Shown here piece after piece: positions 1-13,072 of a DNA stretch of 60,000 nucleotides. Both the position numbers and the translations under genes were made by a program. How positions within the stretch are numbered: position 1 is the stretch's first letter; each line of letters starts with the position of its first letter. Source of the DNA: Botryllus schlosseri (Eukaryota); assembly GCA_051294905.1 (NCBI GenBank), contig CM119371.1, forward strand, positions 27,468,001 to 27,528,000. The letters are read 5' to 3'. The notes under the pieces are model-generated. The model worked only from the letters and a program-made list of their open reading frames with translations. It had not been told where the DNA came from and ran no database searches.

Positions 1-1009
1 CTTCTCGAGTGACCTTTTTTTCGATTCATTCATAAAATTTATAGGATGGCTACCGATGATACAATAGCTAAATCAAGCAAAATTGTTGCACCAACTAATC
101 ATGCAACAACTGAAACATGTCTACATGCAGAGATTCTTCATGCAAAAATTGCCTGTGATGTTTTATCGCAATGACGAGCTATTTGGAAGTGAAGACATCG
201 ATTAACGGGCAATATGTATGTGCCCTCAAATTTGTAAGTTCGAGCCTAAATTGAAACGTGTTTTTATGGCAAAATTTGAGTTATTATTTATTCTATTATT
301 TTTGACGGTTGCAACCAAACATTCTTCTTTGGCTGGCCGCAGCTTAAGTTGTATTAAACAACAAGAAAAGTTTGAATACAGTTTTTTGAAAGTATGTCTC
401 ATTGGATCCGGGCCGTGTGCCTTTGGGACCCACCGGGTGGAGGCCTATAATATGTTCGAGAAACAAATTGGTAAAGTCCATAACTATATAGTTTAAAAGT
501 GCCGATATCCATGCATATATGCGCCGTAGGTAGAGCTTGTATGGAAAGTGTTGAGCCAGCAAAAGATCTGCTATTATCGGTGAAAAATTTTATGGCCAGA
601 GATCATATTCCAATTTTCGATCCATAGTTATGAAATCTCCCCTATTTCTCACCAAAATATGACAGTATTGAGCCCGTGTTTCTATATTTATCACAGTGAG
701 CGCGAGGCGATATGAAAGTGGATATTATTTTGATTCGACTGATACCAATGTTACGAATGCGCCGTCACAAAAGAGTGATTTCATCGCCGAAAGCCACCAC
801 TTTATCTACTTACACCTCAAGCGGTTACGCTCCGAATTATTTTCTCTCCTTATTAAAGGAATCCTAATATTGCGTCCACACTTTAGATGCTGTGAAATAT
901 AAACTGTAGTTGAGAGATACGTTTGAATCCGTTTTATGAGTGTAATCTCTAATTATTTCGTGAGTACAAATGTACGTATCTGCAGTATCGTTAGTGATTT
1001 GTGTTTGAC
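1..1009 (+). mobile_element. Partial copy of the TA-TSD TIR element, with degenerate right end and the same ~370-bp extension as in the 37209-38646 copy
   Basis: Colinear with ~37525-38526 (+) and with part of 44249-45209 (-). A degenerate right TIR 'gatccatagttatgaaatctccccta' lies at ~619-644. The left end is outside the window. Confidence 0.8.
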
Positions 1010-1766
1010 GTGAAAATGAGTGTTCCAACTTTGTATGTAGCTTCTCACGAGGACCTGTAAATCTACCTTCTTCAACTAGTAGACCGAGTAATTTTCTTGC
1101 CTTCTTGTAGTGTAGACATAGCTTGAAAATCTCTGGTTTTATACTTAACATGGAATAGACATCTTCAAACTTTTAAACCAACATAGTGATAACTGTCCTC
1201 ATTATTGGCCTCGTTCACGCTGCATTTACTGAATCAAACTATGCACTTACCAGCTATTCGATTCCTGGAATCGTCGTCTGTCGTTTGCACACGCGACGGC
1301 AGTTCACGTTGCAGACCCGCGGGAAAGAATTTCAGAGGCGGCTGAACTGCAACCTTCTTCCGGCCTGGATTGAGATTGTTTTCAGTGTTCGCACGGTAAT
1401 GCACGGATTCAAATTATACGAGGACATGGGGGAAATTAGCAAATCAGAACAGTAGTTTTTTCGGCCTCTTGATTCTACAGAAGACATGCGCAACTGACCG
1501 CACGGAGATTGCCCGCCAATGACGAAATCTACTTCTGAAACTATTCGATTTACTGCTACCACAGAAGTAGGATTTGTTGATTCTATTCGAGTTGAAAACG
1601 CTAACTACTTCGATCATCTTTTCCATAACCACGCCATCTCGCCCGGTCAAAATATATTTAAAATGAATCAACACGCGAGTCTGGACACTGGACAGCTTTA
1701 GTGCGGCAGATGGAAGGACTATTTTTTGCGAGTGAGACGATAAACAAGCGCACATGTTACCGATAA
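1010..1766 (-). pseudogene. Decayed exon with RRM-like repeats (death-fold/RRM family paralog)
   Basis: Acceptor ctaacttaacag| then (V)IGNMCACLSSHS..RVLIHFK, aligning with (V)ITIHGRLSSTV at 25704. After a frameshift it reads NPCITVRTLKT..LQFSRL..A*FDSVNAA..IKPEIFKLCLHYKK. Stops and a frameshift are present. Confidence 0.5.
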
Positions 1767-1801
1767 CTGTTAAGTTAGAGTTCGAATTATTGAGCACCGA
1801 C

Positions 1802-1945
1802 CGTGGTTATTATGAGGAGCTAGCTCCTCTTTTGTCAGCGTCTCGTATCCGGGACAGCGTTCAAGGGGTGTCGCGCGCTCCCGTTCCGAAGTAGACCGGT
1901 GACTTGTCGGACTGGATTCGCAAGCCAGAACTTTATCGCGGGACC
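1802..1945 (-). pseudogene. Phase 1-1 linker exon (GSRDKVLACESSPTSHRSTSERERATPLERCPGYETLTKEELAPHNNH)
   Basis: tcttcag| acceptor, 144 nt open, candidate |gtcggt donor, then 35 nt to the next acceptor. Confidence 0.4.
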
Positions 1946-1987
1946 CTGAAGATAACCAGATGCGGTTAATGCAGACAGGCTCGATAC

Positions 1988-2913
1988 CAGTGTTGGGATG
2001 ACTCGAGTCATGACTTCACTCGAGTCAGACTCGAGTCACCTTTTTCGAATGACTTGACTTGACTCGAGTCACTTTGCTACAATGACTTGACTTGACTTGA
2101 CTCGGCGTATCAGAAATATGGATTGACTCGCGACTCCGAGCAAAATTCACGAGTCAATTTCGAGTCATCTAATAATCGGTGTCGATAAAGATCACTGAAT
2201 CTTGCATATGTTCGGATTGTTCGCGAAACGCTGGTGTAGCCGTGAGCGCGACCAATCATTTGATGATCGTGCGTTTTACTGAGCCTCCATTGTTTCCTCA
2301 CAAATCAACTGACAGCAAACGAAGTGATCGAAGCTTACAGCTTACGTTGTCGTAAACTAGTATAGTAAAGTATTTAATCTGTTTTTTTTACCTTAACCAA
2401 ACCTCTTGTTTTATTGAAATTGAATTCGAATATAGTTTATATAGTCCTCAACCATTGGCACAGGCTCGGATTGTATCATATCGATTTGTAAATGGGTAAT
2501 GTATTGCATCATATCAATTCATATCTATCCTCTATTTAGGCTGGTAACTATAAACTGTGGTCTAGCGGTTCTACGTATCTGTGAGCGATACAGCGTCTTC
2601 TTGCGTGAATATTAAACTCTATATTCGTTCATCGGTTCAAAATCAATGACCTCTCAATCTGTTTTTCAGACAGCTTTTAAAATGCAATGACGTTATCATG
2701 CCTCGTGCTTCGAAAAGGCAACTGGACTTGAATTGTTACTTGACTCGTGACTTGACTTGACTTGACTCGACTTGACTCGAGCCACCTCCAAAAATCGAGT
2801 GACTTGACTCGAGTCACTTTTGAAAATCGATTGACTTGACTTGACTCGAGTCAAAATGGGCAATGACTTGAAATGACTCGTGACTCGAAGGTAGTGACTT
2901 GATCCCAACTCTG
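1988..2913. mobile_element. hAT MITE with GACTCGAGTC/GACTT subterminal repeats
   Basis: TIRs CAGTGTTGGGAT / ATCCCAACTCTG. Perfect 8-bp TSD ctcgatac at 1980-1987 and 2914-2921. Confidence 0.92.
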
Positions 2914-3988
2914 CTCGATACAGACATTGAAGTAGCATTTACGCTGTAATTGGAAACTATATTGAAACTAGATATTAGGGTTTCAAAGACCCGTGTAAAA
3001 TCCGACAAATGTATAAATCAAATGAAGGGCTTGAAAATTATCACGGTTGTAGTTAGTAGAAGTAGTAACGGGAGGTAACCATATTTTAGAACCCGAAAAT
3101 AGGACACTTTTTTGAAGTTTCAATAGGAGAAATATATAGGGGAAGTTTATAAAGATAATGCTCATCGCCGGGTAGGTTGGCTAGGATAAGAACAGGTCAA
3201 CTTCCTACGCCGGTACCTTAGAACCGGGTTCCGTTCAGTTGACCTTCTTTACTCCCGCGGCAGTTACAGAAAAAGCCGATTTGCACGTGTACTTCGGAGT
3301 GAATTTACCTTTTTAGTTGGGACTTTTTAGTTATTTCCGTATGTTAATCTAATACACGAAACAAAGCAAAAAAGGACTGGTTGCGGATAAAGATAGCATG
3401 TGGATGTCCTCGGGGGAACGGTTTAGTATTACAGAAAAAAAGGGAAGAATCCTCTCAAACGAGGTACGGTATATAAGAATTGGTCGTGATGTGCCATACT
3501 TCTAGCGGTAAATTAGGTTATTCGCAGGGAATCACACGTGATTATTACCGACCTGCGTCTTTCTTTTAAAAAGTACTTGAATGGGTTTACCCTGGTAATG
3601 TTTTTAGACCTTGTCCACTTTTGTTTCCGCAAACTACTTACTTTTTACGTTCTGGATTTGGTGAAGCGGAAAGTTTAGTTTTTCCATGTGTTTGCATCAC
3701 TTTGGTGATAACACATGGGCGAAACCGTGCTTATGGCACGGTAATTGCAGTGCCATTGACCATTGTGCGTATGTCGGGAAGAGGCAATCTACAGTTTCGA
3801 AGTGTAGACTACTCATCCCTCAATCAACTGCTAAGTATGCGACATATATGCCAAATCCATTTCCTCGAACTACTTTGGAACTATCATGTCTTTCATCGTC
3901 TATTCCCACTCGAATAATATTGACATGTTTCGGAAATAAGTACTTCTAGTTGTAATTTTACTTCTACTAGCGTACTATCCGACTATAC

Positions 3989-4978
3989 CAGGGGCGGGCA
4001 ACATACGGCCCGCGACGGGATTTTGTCCGGCCCGCGGACGGTTTCCCGTCTAACATGATAATGTGGCCCGCGGCCCAGTCTGCCGAGATTCCTCAGTACT
4101 TGCTTAAACGTGAAATTGTAGTGACTGTGTGTTATTTTATACGTGTGTGCTCACTGCGCAACGTGCGAGAGTATAGCTTACGCGTAAGTTCGGCATTTAT
4201 CATGTACTAAACCCTAAAGAATTGATATATTGGTAAATCTGGGGCATCGAGCTTATCGAACTCCTTGAAATCTTAGTTAAGGATTGCACCATAGTGTCAT
4301 ATATGCTGTGGACACAAGCATATCTCACGGCACAGTGAAATTGGTCGACGTCAGCCTTTCCATTTGGCTAAAGGCAATTTGGCAGCGATAACGTAACTAT
4401 GCCATCTGAGCAGCTCAGGAGCAAGTGCGCACGAGAGTGAGAGTGTGAATGCTCAATCCGTTGCGCAACAACGGCCAATACCCTTGAGGTTTGCACTGCT
4501 CTCACTTGCTCCCAGATGGTATCGTCGCGCCACAATACCAAACTCCGTTACAATGCAACATTCGAGGCTGATTTTGAGGAGTTCCAGGACCGCGAGCCGA
4601 ATACAATTTATATTTTCGCAATCCGTACCTCGGTAGCTTTCGATTGATACCCGTTTTGTTAAATTTCTCGTTCGGCAAGCTGGTCAAGATAGGACAATTT
4701 GATTGCACCGTGTGTGAATCGATCAGAGAGAAGCAGACAAGGCGGCGTCGGCATGACAATTCTGTTCTCAAATCTGCAATCTGCATTGTCTTCGTCATTA
4801 TCGGCGAGAAATGGCTTTGAAGTGACACTGCTGTCGTCAAAAGACATTCATTAAATACGATTTATTGCTTGTATATGTGGATAAATGGGCGTAGAATGTA
4901 TCGATTCAGCAATCCGGCCCGCCAAGTACCTAATTTTCCTATATCCGGCCCGCCGACTGGAGAAGTTGCCCGCCCCTG
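3989..4978. mobile_element. hAT (Buster/Charlie-like) MITE
   Basis: TIRs CAGGGGCGGGCAAC / GTTGCCCGCCCCTG, GGCCCGC subterminal motifs, perfect TSD gactatac. Confidence 0.93.
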
Positions 4979-5163
4979 GACTATACCTTCACCACCACTC
5001 TTGTGTAAAATATATCATAAGACGCTTTGAAATATTACTGTTTGATGAAGCATTATTCTTGCTTACAGCACTATTACATAAACAGTATCCAGACCTTTAT
5101 GCTCAGTCTCAATCCTGGGTACGTTGGGAAAAGAATAGATCTTCGTATTCAGTTGAAACTCAC

Positions 5164-5353
5164 ATGCTAAATCTCGTGGTGCGTCGTGGTCAGCGCCTTT
5201 CGGATCAATAGCTTCCCGGGATTTCATACGCCGCAGTTCGTATTCAGCTACCAGGTTCATGTGAACCCGAGTCATTTCGCGAATATCGGTATCTGAAATA
5301 TATGACTTTAAATCGATTAAATGAATCAGAAACGCAGATATCTCAATCGCCAT
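5164..5353 (-). pseudogene. Truncated death effector domain (DED)-like exon
   Basis: MAIEISAFLIHLIDLKSYISDTDIREMTRVHMNLVAEYELRRMKSREAI aligns without gaps to the N-terminal half of the FADD-type DED pattern. It ends in phase-1 donor |gtgagt, followed by a 49-nt intron to cccag. Confidence 0.55.
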
Positions 5354-5844
5354 GTAGTCATATATGTTGCCCGTTGAGAGATCGCGCTATTGCGTCATGG
5401 AAGATAGTTCTATTTTCATCGGCTCCTTCCCTGTGTTTGGATGCGAAGTGATCATAAACTTGACCAAGTCGTGTCACTATAGCTCGCCATGCTATCCCGG
5501 AGAGTCGAGCATCTAACAAGAAGCAGTGAATACAAATTTACAAGCGAGTGCTTGTATCCATCCCGTTAGCTTATACCAATGCGGTCAGTAAGGAATGAAT
5601 TCAATATTTTCAGGACACTAGGCCTAGACAGTAGATTGTGCTAACTAGCAGCACCTATTCTGGTGAATATGTTTTAGTCTACTCCCATTTTTATATGATT
5701 TTGTCTAATCCAAACACTTCGTACATTCAAGATTCAGTAAAGTGGAAAGCAGTTTTGCGACAAGTTTGCATAGCAACTTCTGCAATTTCGCGAGTAGATC
5801 GCTCCCTCGACTCTATGCTACCCAAACACTGTGTACATGTACAG

Positions 5845-7405
5845 CAGGGGTGGGCAATTATTTTCATCCGCCGTCCAAATGAGAAGCAGAAAATATGTTG
5901 GCGGGTCGAGAAATTTTAGCTGTATTCTCCAGCGTATTGATTTTATTTTTTAATTGAAAGCTTTGCCCTCAGACCAGACCCATCAGGATGCATGTTTTCA
6001 CCACTAATCCTGAGCGAGATTTCTTATGTACACTAATTGGCAACGTTGTACGGCCTAATCGCGCGAAGCGCGGAATTTTTCCATGTTTCATGGTTCAATC
6101 GGTCGATAATATTGGTAATTGCATACATATAGCTATATTTTTCAAATCTCTTTCAGCCCTCGTACTAAGTTTTACCGCTAGAGCAGAGTGAGGTGCTGTC
6201 ATGGAAATAATATTCGAGAGTGGTTCTTGGTATAATTACTTTGACGTTGCATGTTAGTATTTCGTGACCTCCCGTCTGCTATGTGAAAAGATATTGAAAT
6301 CACCAAAGCGTACCAAACTAAAAGACCCACACGATTCCCAATGGATATTTCCTTACTGGAAAATATTGCCTATGGACAATTGGACATCGTGGTTTTTGAT
6401 CAACATGGGAGCAGTCCTTTTGGGCCAAGGCTTTCTCGCTGTCGAGCTTTTATTTAGTTAATTTGATCAACAGTTGAAATTGGACTGCCTTCTCAGAATC
6501 CCGTCTTGGCCTAAACTTCATATATCTTGGTACGTCGTGGCGCGGTAATGACTGACGCCAAAATACAAATTCTATAAGCATTGATCTCGAAATCGAGCCC
6601 AATACCGCAAGAAAAATTTGAAAGAAGTTGCATAAATTTTTAAAAAATACTCTATAATTTATGGTCATTCACTAAATAATTTTGGGCGTCCAAGCTCGCC
6701 CACCGAGCTCGGGTTTGGGGTGCGGCAGTTACGGTCTTGGGAGGTCTTGGGAATGCTTTAAAGCTTATTGTCTTGGTAACTAGTTTCCGAGAAGTGTGCA
6801 GCTTGCCGAAATGGCCTTGTTATTAATCCAAGCTTGCAGTTATTCCGAAATTGGCCGTCCCTTGATCTAGTGTTGGACCTATGTATTCGTGTTTTTGTCA
6901 TGGAACCGACTTGAATAATACTCTTTGAACACTGCGACCTGCTTGGCATTAACTACTTAAAAAGACTGGTAGTAAATATTTAGTCCTCCGAACCATCTTT
7001 GAATTTCAACTTTGGTCTTTCTTTTTCGACATCCGTTATGGGTGGTGATATACTCAAGAGAAATCACGGGCAGTGAACGACTTGTTAAGGGAACACAGAC
7101 CGTGCAATTCGTAATGTGACAATGGCAACAAAGAAGGTTTGATGACTTGTTGTGACTTTAATTGTAACGGCATAATTTGCTACATTAACTTTACTTTTGA
7201 ATCTCGATCGGGCACGTGAGGTACGTATAGGCTGCGTAATCGCGGCATGTTAATGAACAGGCTTGATAGTAAACGAATTTCCGATTCAGTTTATACATCC
7301 TATGGTTTTAGTCCACGCAAAAACATTAAAAAGTATCTTCAATTTCAAGCAATCTTTCGCGGGCCGCACAGAATAGCTCCGCGGGACGCATTTGGCCCAG
7401 GCCTG
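5845..7405. mobile_element. Degenerate hAT element with truncated right end
   Basis: Left TIR CAGGGGTGGGCAA. Right subterminal motifs gcgggccgcac...gcgggacgcatttggccc at ~7357-7400. No right TIR or TSD. Confidence 0.6.
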
Positions 7406-7733
7406 GTGTTTTAGAACGTAATTTACCGTCCTGTGATATCAATGTTCATCTTACGTCATTACTGTAACTGTTGCACTGGTTACAATGTACATACAAACAG
7501 TATCATGGACACTGGAAGAGCTACGAAGGCCATTGAACAATATCAATGCAATTCGACATTTGATAGAATAATCAAGTGTGTCTATGAAACAGAATATTCA
7601 TTATTTCTTCCTAATAAAAGTCTGCAGTCATTATTAAGTTATTGGTTTAATTAAGACTATGCCTTGCGAAAACTTCAATAGATTTGCATATAATATGCGG
7701 TATATAAAATATTATATTAAAGTTTGCATATAC

Positions 7734-7808
7734 TTTTGAGTTCCATGGTTCTGTCGCTACCGGCGTTGTCGAGTTGATTTGATTTCTGAAGGTGTATCGT
7801 TCCACAAA
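7734..7808 (-). pseudogene. Small phase 1-1 exon (CGTIHLQKSNQLDNAGSDRTMELK)
   Basis: aaatag| acceptor, |gtatat donor, 75 nt. Also open in the unit-2 copy (~14315-14389). Resembles DQVEVENVGMKRTL near 29130-29170. Confidence 0.4.
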
Positions 7809-8020
7809 CTATTTTGAAGCTACAGCTAAAACAGATGTGAACCTCCTCTTCATGACAGACAGATGAAGAGGACAGGCATACGGGTAGTTAGATTTTCCAT
7901 GTCCTAACGATAAAGAGAGAAACGAAATATGAAATGCACAAAGAATTTGTTCTAGTTCGGCTACGTGGGAACGACAGGTGTCTGATTTGTCAAAGCTGGA
8001 AATGGTCTATCATCACTTAC

Positions 8021-8128
8021 CGAGCTTTCTGCACGCTGATCTTAGATTTTGAAAAGTCTTGTCATGACAGGTAACGGGTAACGCAGGAAGCTTTCTCCTC
8101 CGTCCTGAACCGAGACTGCTATTATCAA
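8021..8128 (-). pseudogene. Phase 1-1 exon (DNSSLGSGRRRKLPALPVTCHDKTFQNLRSACRKL)
   Basis: ttttcag| acceptor and |gtaagt donor, 108 nt. The copy at 14594-14701 is open in the same frame but its acceptor is mutated to GG. Confidence 0.45.
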
Positions 8129-8417
8129 CTGAAAATGTTAAATCCCATCTGCCCGATAACCAGACTCTACTACATATTTGGCGCCGTAACAAGCGTTTTT
8201 AACCATCCCATATCAAGAATGTGGAACCAATATTCAGAAATTCATTCGCGGCATGAAGGAAGCCCAGCAGAGGCTCCGTCATATAACAATAAAACAAGAC
8301 ATAGACGCAATTAGTGATTAAGATGTGACTTTTCATCAGGTAAACTTGAATGTAAATTTCCAGAAAAAGTTACTAAATTTCAAATGTGCCGTCTTGTCCC
8401 TTACGATTGATCTAATC

Positions 8418-9712
8418 CAGTGGTTCCCAACCTTTTTCCTCCTGCGTACCATTTCGAGGTTTTATGCAGTGCTCGTGTACCACCTAGCGAAATTACGCGC
8501 GCCGAAGGCGTTCAAAAACGTTTCCACCGGATTGAGCTGCCGAAGGCAGCGAAACAGAAAATAAACTGCCGATTTAAGGTGCAGTATATGATTTCTGTAG
8601 TGGATCCATTTGGAATTCTTGTGTTCAATTACATTAAAACGGAATTTGGTTAGGTAAGAATCCCAATGTTTTGCGACTAGATCTCTTCCCCGTAGGCCAG
8701 GGGTGGCCAACCTTTTTGCCATTCGCGGCCGCATTTCAACTATACTCATACAGCCCACGGCCGCATTCCAGGGCATAGTCGTAATTAGCTATTGGCGGAC
8801 GCCAAATGCCTACGTTAGAGTGTCTATGTCCATTTCTTATGAATTCCGGACTGATCTACATAATCATATAGACTTGTTATACGCACCGAAATCGCGAGTG
8901 GTCACGTGGTCACCTGGTCACTGGTGATGTTATGGGACGGCAGGCGTCGCTGCGCCAAGCGCGAAATTTTTTTCAGATTTACTATTGAATTTCGTGATTA
9001 ATATTATTAGCCTTACATATTACTATCAAACATTTAACCTTTCTCAGCCCATGGATGTGGTCAGATTCACCGGTAGAGTTGATGGAGGGGGTGTTTTCGA
9101 AAATTTAGGGCAAGTTATAAATGATGATGCATCTTCGGGTGGGCCAATTGTTATTAGCACTTTGCTGCATGCTGTTATTCCTTGACCTCCCATCGGGATT
9201 GTTGGTATAGTGAGGTGTACACGATTCCGAGTTGGTATTTCTATACGGAGCACATCATTTTTCTCTACTCTTCGAATCTGAAATGTGGGGCTCTAATTCC
9301 GAAGAGCCCTCTACTATATTAAAATCGAAAAATAAAGACACATTGAATCGCGCGCAGCGTGAAGAAAATTTCAAGATTAATTAAAATCTATCAAGAAATC
9401 GGGAGTCAATTCGTAAATTCAAATTGCATGTCGACGGCCGCCAACACATGCTAATTAAATTACGTGTCCAAAGCCGCACAAATTACCTTCTATGGCCGCA
9501 TGTGGCCGCAGAGCTGTATCCACTCCTGCCGTAGGCCGTCATTGGTGAGATTGTCCCTACGCACGACGATGACGGCTTAAAAAAACTTAAAGTCAACCCC
9601 ACCTGGACTAATACCACCCTTCGGTCGAAACAAAACAGCATCTACTCGCGTACCACCTGGAAGACCTTCGCGTACCACTAGTGGTACGCGTACCACAGGT
9701 TGGGAACCACGG
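8418..9712. mobile_element. hAT MITE (CAGTGGTTCCCAAC family) hosting a nested MITE
   Basis: TIRs CAGTGGTTCCCAACCT / AGGTTGGGAACCACGG, perfect TSD atctaatc, absent from duplicate unit 2. Confidence 0.92.
8698..9528. mobile_element. Nested hAT MITE
   Basis: CAGGGGTGG ... CCACTCCTG termini, perfect TSD ccgtaggc. Confidence 0.88.
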
Positions 9713-10119
9713 ATCTAATCAGATTCATCGTCTACATTAAAAGTCACGTGGAATTTTATTGCTAATATATAATGAGGCTGGAACAATTGAACTTAGTTGT
9801 GATAATTCTACTTATAATGCGACACGTATGACAACAAATAAAACACATTGTCATGGTTGGACTTAAAACGAGAAAAATCATTGCAAATAACAATCAGGTA
9901 TAACTTACTATTACGTGACGTTTAAAATTATAACTTTACTTATACGAGAGGGATACACTGTTGACACAAATGATGAATTTAATGCGCGACCTTCTTGTGA
10001 CAAATGACTGCTTTTGTTGACATAGACTGAAATGACGAATCGCGAACATGCAAGTCTCTCAACTCGAGAACAGAAAAATGAAACAAATTGAGACCCTCTG
10101 ACCAGTTGAGAGAACTTAC

Positions 10120-10990
10120 CTCTATGGATAGTTGGTACAAGGCAATTTAAATTGCTATTTTGACATGATGACGATGCCATTTGTGGGATTTTACCAAAAA
10201 CATCTGGCTTTGCATTAACGCCAACTACAACGGGATTTTAAATATCTAGCATTAGTAAATATGCCCAAGTCACCAAAACGTATGTGACAAGAGCTTTTAC
10301 ACCTACATGATTCATCATATTTGTTCCATGCTATCTTTATAGGATCAAGCTGAGGTTATCATTTACGGAATCCTTTTAATCTTTGGCATTACTCGAAGTA
10401 GGTGACGCCTATTACTTAACTGGTTACGTTGTTAGGACATGTCCACTGCTACCGCAACCTTCCACTTGCTTTTTTGATTCAAAACAGGTATAAAGTAGAT
10501 TAGGGGTATCGTTACATCGTCTTGCCAACTGGGCAACTTAACCCACGGCAACTGATTTTACTTTCGAAAATTACAGATATCTAGGTAATGTCGGTCATCA
10601 TTTTACGCCGATGGCGAAGACGCACATTGTGGTTTCCAAAGCCGTCACGTGAAATTACGTACTAGAATTATGCGAGTCCTCGACAATATCTACATCAAAT
10701 TACTAGCTTGAGCAATTTCCAGACATTCGTGTTTTAACCTGTCGGTTAAAGTAGTTTCGACATGTCTTAAAAGTCGCTCCCTCTCTCAAAACTTGAGTAT
10801 AATATATTAATATACCGACATCACTTCTACATTTACTGGAGTGGAAGCGTTCAGTAGTTTAACCCCCTCTGACAGTGAGATAGGCGCGGGATCGATTACT
10901 TTGTTCAGATATACATGTCGATGACTTAGATTATGTGCCTATTGTACCTTTCATTTAACTTTATAAGCATAGCAAAGTGCCAAGGATGGC
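10120..10990 (-). pseudogene. Decayed RRM-like coding remnant (unit 1)
   Basis: One frame reads CVFAIGVK**PTLPRYL*FSKVKSV..NLLYTCFESKKQVEGCGSSGHVL, an RRM-like beta1/alpha1/beta3/alpha2 pattern with several stops. Confidence 0.45.
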
Positions 10991-11001
10991 TATGTAAAGA
11001 G

Positions 11002-12143
11002 TAGTGGCACCCCCTTTCAAAAATTGCCCGAGTCTGGCGCCCCCCTCTATTTTAAGGACTCTAGTAAAAACAATGGGCAAGTGGTCGAAGTCCACTTTCG
11101 GGTTGGGGCTTTACTATTATACCACTCGACTAATTAACGGTATAATTGTATGTGCTATTCTCGGGATCAAATCCAGGTTGTTATAACAACCATCGGGTAA
11201 CGCCTACGGGCTCATGCATTTGGTTCGAGATTGATATACAAATCCCGAATTCCACTCTGCGATTGGCAATACGGGGAGGTTAATTGTATTCGGTTTTGTT
11301 TTATTGCTTTGTGTGACTACTAAATCTACTGAGAATGTGGTAGAGATTTGCTCACATTAAATTTAGTCCTGCACCAAGCTCTCAACTCCAACATGAATGG
11401 GGATATAACAACACTAAGCATTATCATCCTTTATGATACGATGAAGAAATATTCTGACGATTTAATTTTGTAGCTTTCAAATACAAGTATATTTAGTTAA
11501 TTATTTGGGCCAAAAACCTTCGAAACATGTACAAAGGGCATCACTCTCAAAGGTTGTACAGTAGCCTACAGTGCCTTTTCGATTTCGACACGCAGTCCGC
11601 TGAAGGACAAAATACCTAGTTCAAAATATTTTGTGGAAAATAACCCAAGCTATCAGTGTCAGTATCAGTTTATTATTATTTTCATCATTTAAAAACAGCA
11701 CAAAACTGCGATACGATGAAAAGATAGGAAGATGTCGAAACGTCCTGGAGTGGATGCCGTGATGGGAGTGTTATAGCGGGGAATTGGCAATCCAAAAGTA
11801 CGCCAAATTCATTTTACATTAGTTAAAATAAACCCACTGCATTCATGGAAACGTGGTCGCTGATTATTTCGCGATGAGCGCATCGAAAAACGTTAAGATT
11901 TGGCAGATTTTTTCGAATGTTAGTTTACCATGCGAACTCCGGGATATGTACAGCTGTTATTCTACTATGATAATCCTATGTCCTTATACACCATCTACTG
12001 CGAGGCCATTTTTCATCACCCCCCCCCATTACCGCTCCTCTAAGCCAAGCGCCCCCCATGTCGCCCCCTGAGCGTTTTCCCCCCATCAAATACCAAATCG
12101 GCCCCCGGGGGGAGGGTGCCGGAGACAAGGTTAAGAACAACTG
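11002..12143. mobile_element. Old hAT MITE with damaged left end
   Basis: Insertion relative to unit 2 (empty site gtctagag at ~16162). Right TIR GGTTAAGAACAACTG, GCCCCCC subterminal motifs, degenerate TSD. Confidence 0.75.
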
Positions 12144-13072
12144 GGCTAGTGTTTTGAATTATAGATCACTGACCGTAGTTACTGTCGAACAAGTTCTGCT
12201 CTTCTTCGGACGGCGTCACGTTCCAAGAATAGCTGGATTGCGATACTGTGCTATCACCACGTTCCCGGGTAGAAGGTAGAGATGACATTTTAATCCATAC
12301 TTCCTCGCCATTGCCTTAATGTAACAACATTCTTCAGGATGATATACGCGTCTACTTCAAACGCATCCTCGGGACTGCTAATGGCGTTGCATAGAGGCGC
12401 AACTTCCGAGCATATATAGCGGTTACGGTGGCGCAGGAGCTGCATCCACCGGCTAATATGATAGTTAGAAGTACCGTGATCCATTTGAACACATTTACTT
12501 GATAAATTCTGCAATATAAAAAGTTATTCACTTGGTAAACTTCAGGAGAATTTGTAGGATCTGTATAATGCATTTGTGACAATTAGATGGAACACGATGG
12601 TGTTAAAAAATATATTCCACGATGAAAATTGATTACACTCATACAATATAAGGTCATTGAAGGGTTCACAGTAGAGCAGAAATACATATGTTACGATTAA
12701 GAAGATTAACTAGATTAGAAGATTACAAATTAACATGTGAGTGCTTGTATCTAGCCCGCTAACTTACCAATGCGGTCGGTAAGGAATGAATTCTACATTT
12801 TCAGGATATCACAGTAGGTTGTGCTAACTAGTAGCACTTACTCTGGTGGTTATACTTTAGTCTACATCCAATTTTTATTTGCATTTTTGCCTAATCCAAA
12901 GACTTTCTGCATAAAGATTTAGTGAAGTGGATAGCAGTTTTGCATAGCAAGTTTGCATAGCATCTTTTAATAGTTGACATTCAGTGTTCATTACTCGCAA
13001 ATGTGCATCTTGCTACTTGCTATTTCACGAGTGAATCACTCCCTCAACTCCTAACACTATGCGACCCAAACA

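Noticed and set aside
1988..2913. Regularly repeated palindromic GACTCGAGTC, GTAATC and GTGAAC motifs (here and elsewhere) as a possible CRISPR-like array
   Set aside because: No constant repeat-spacer period and no cas genes. The motifs are subterminal repeats within TIR/TSD-bounded hAT elements.
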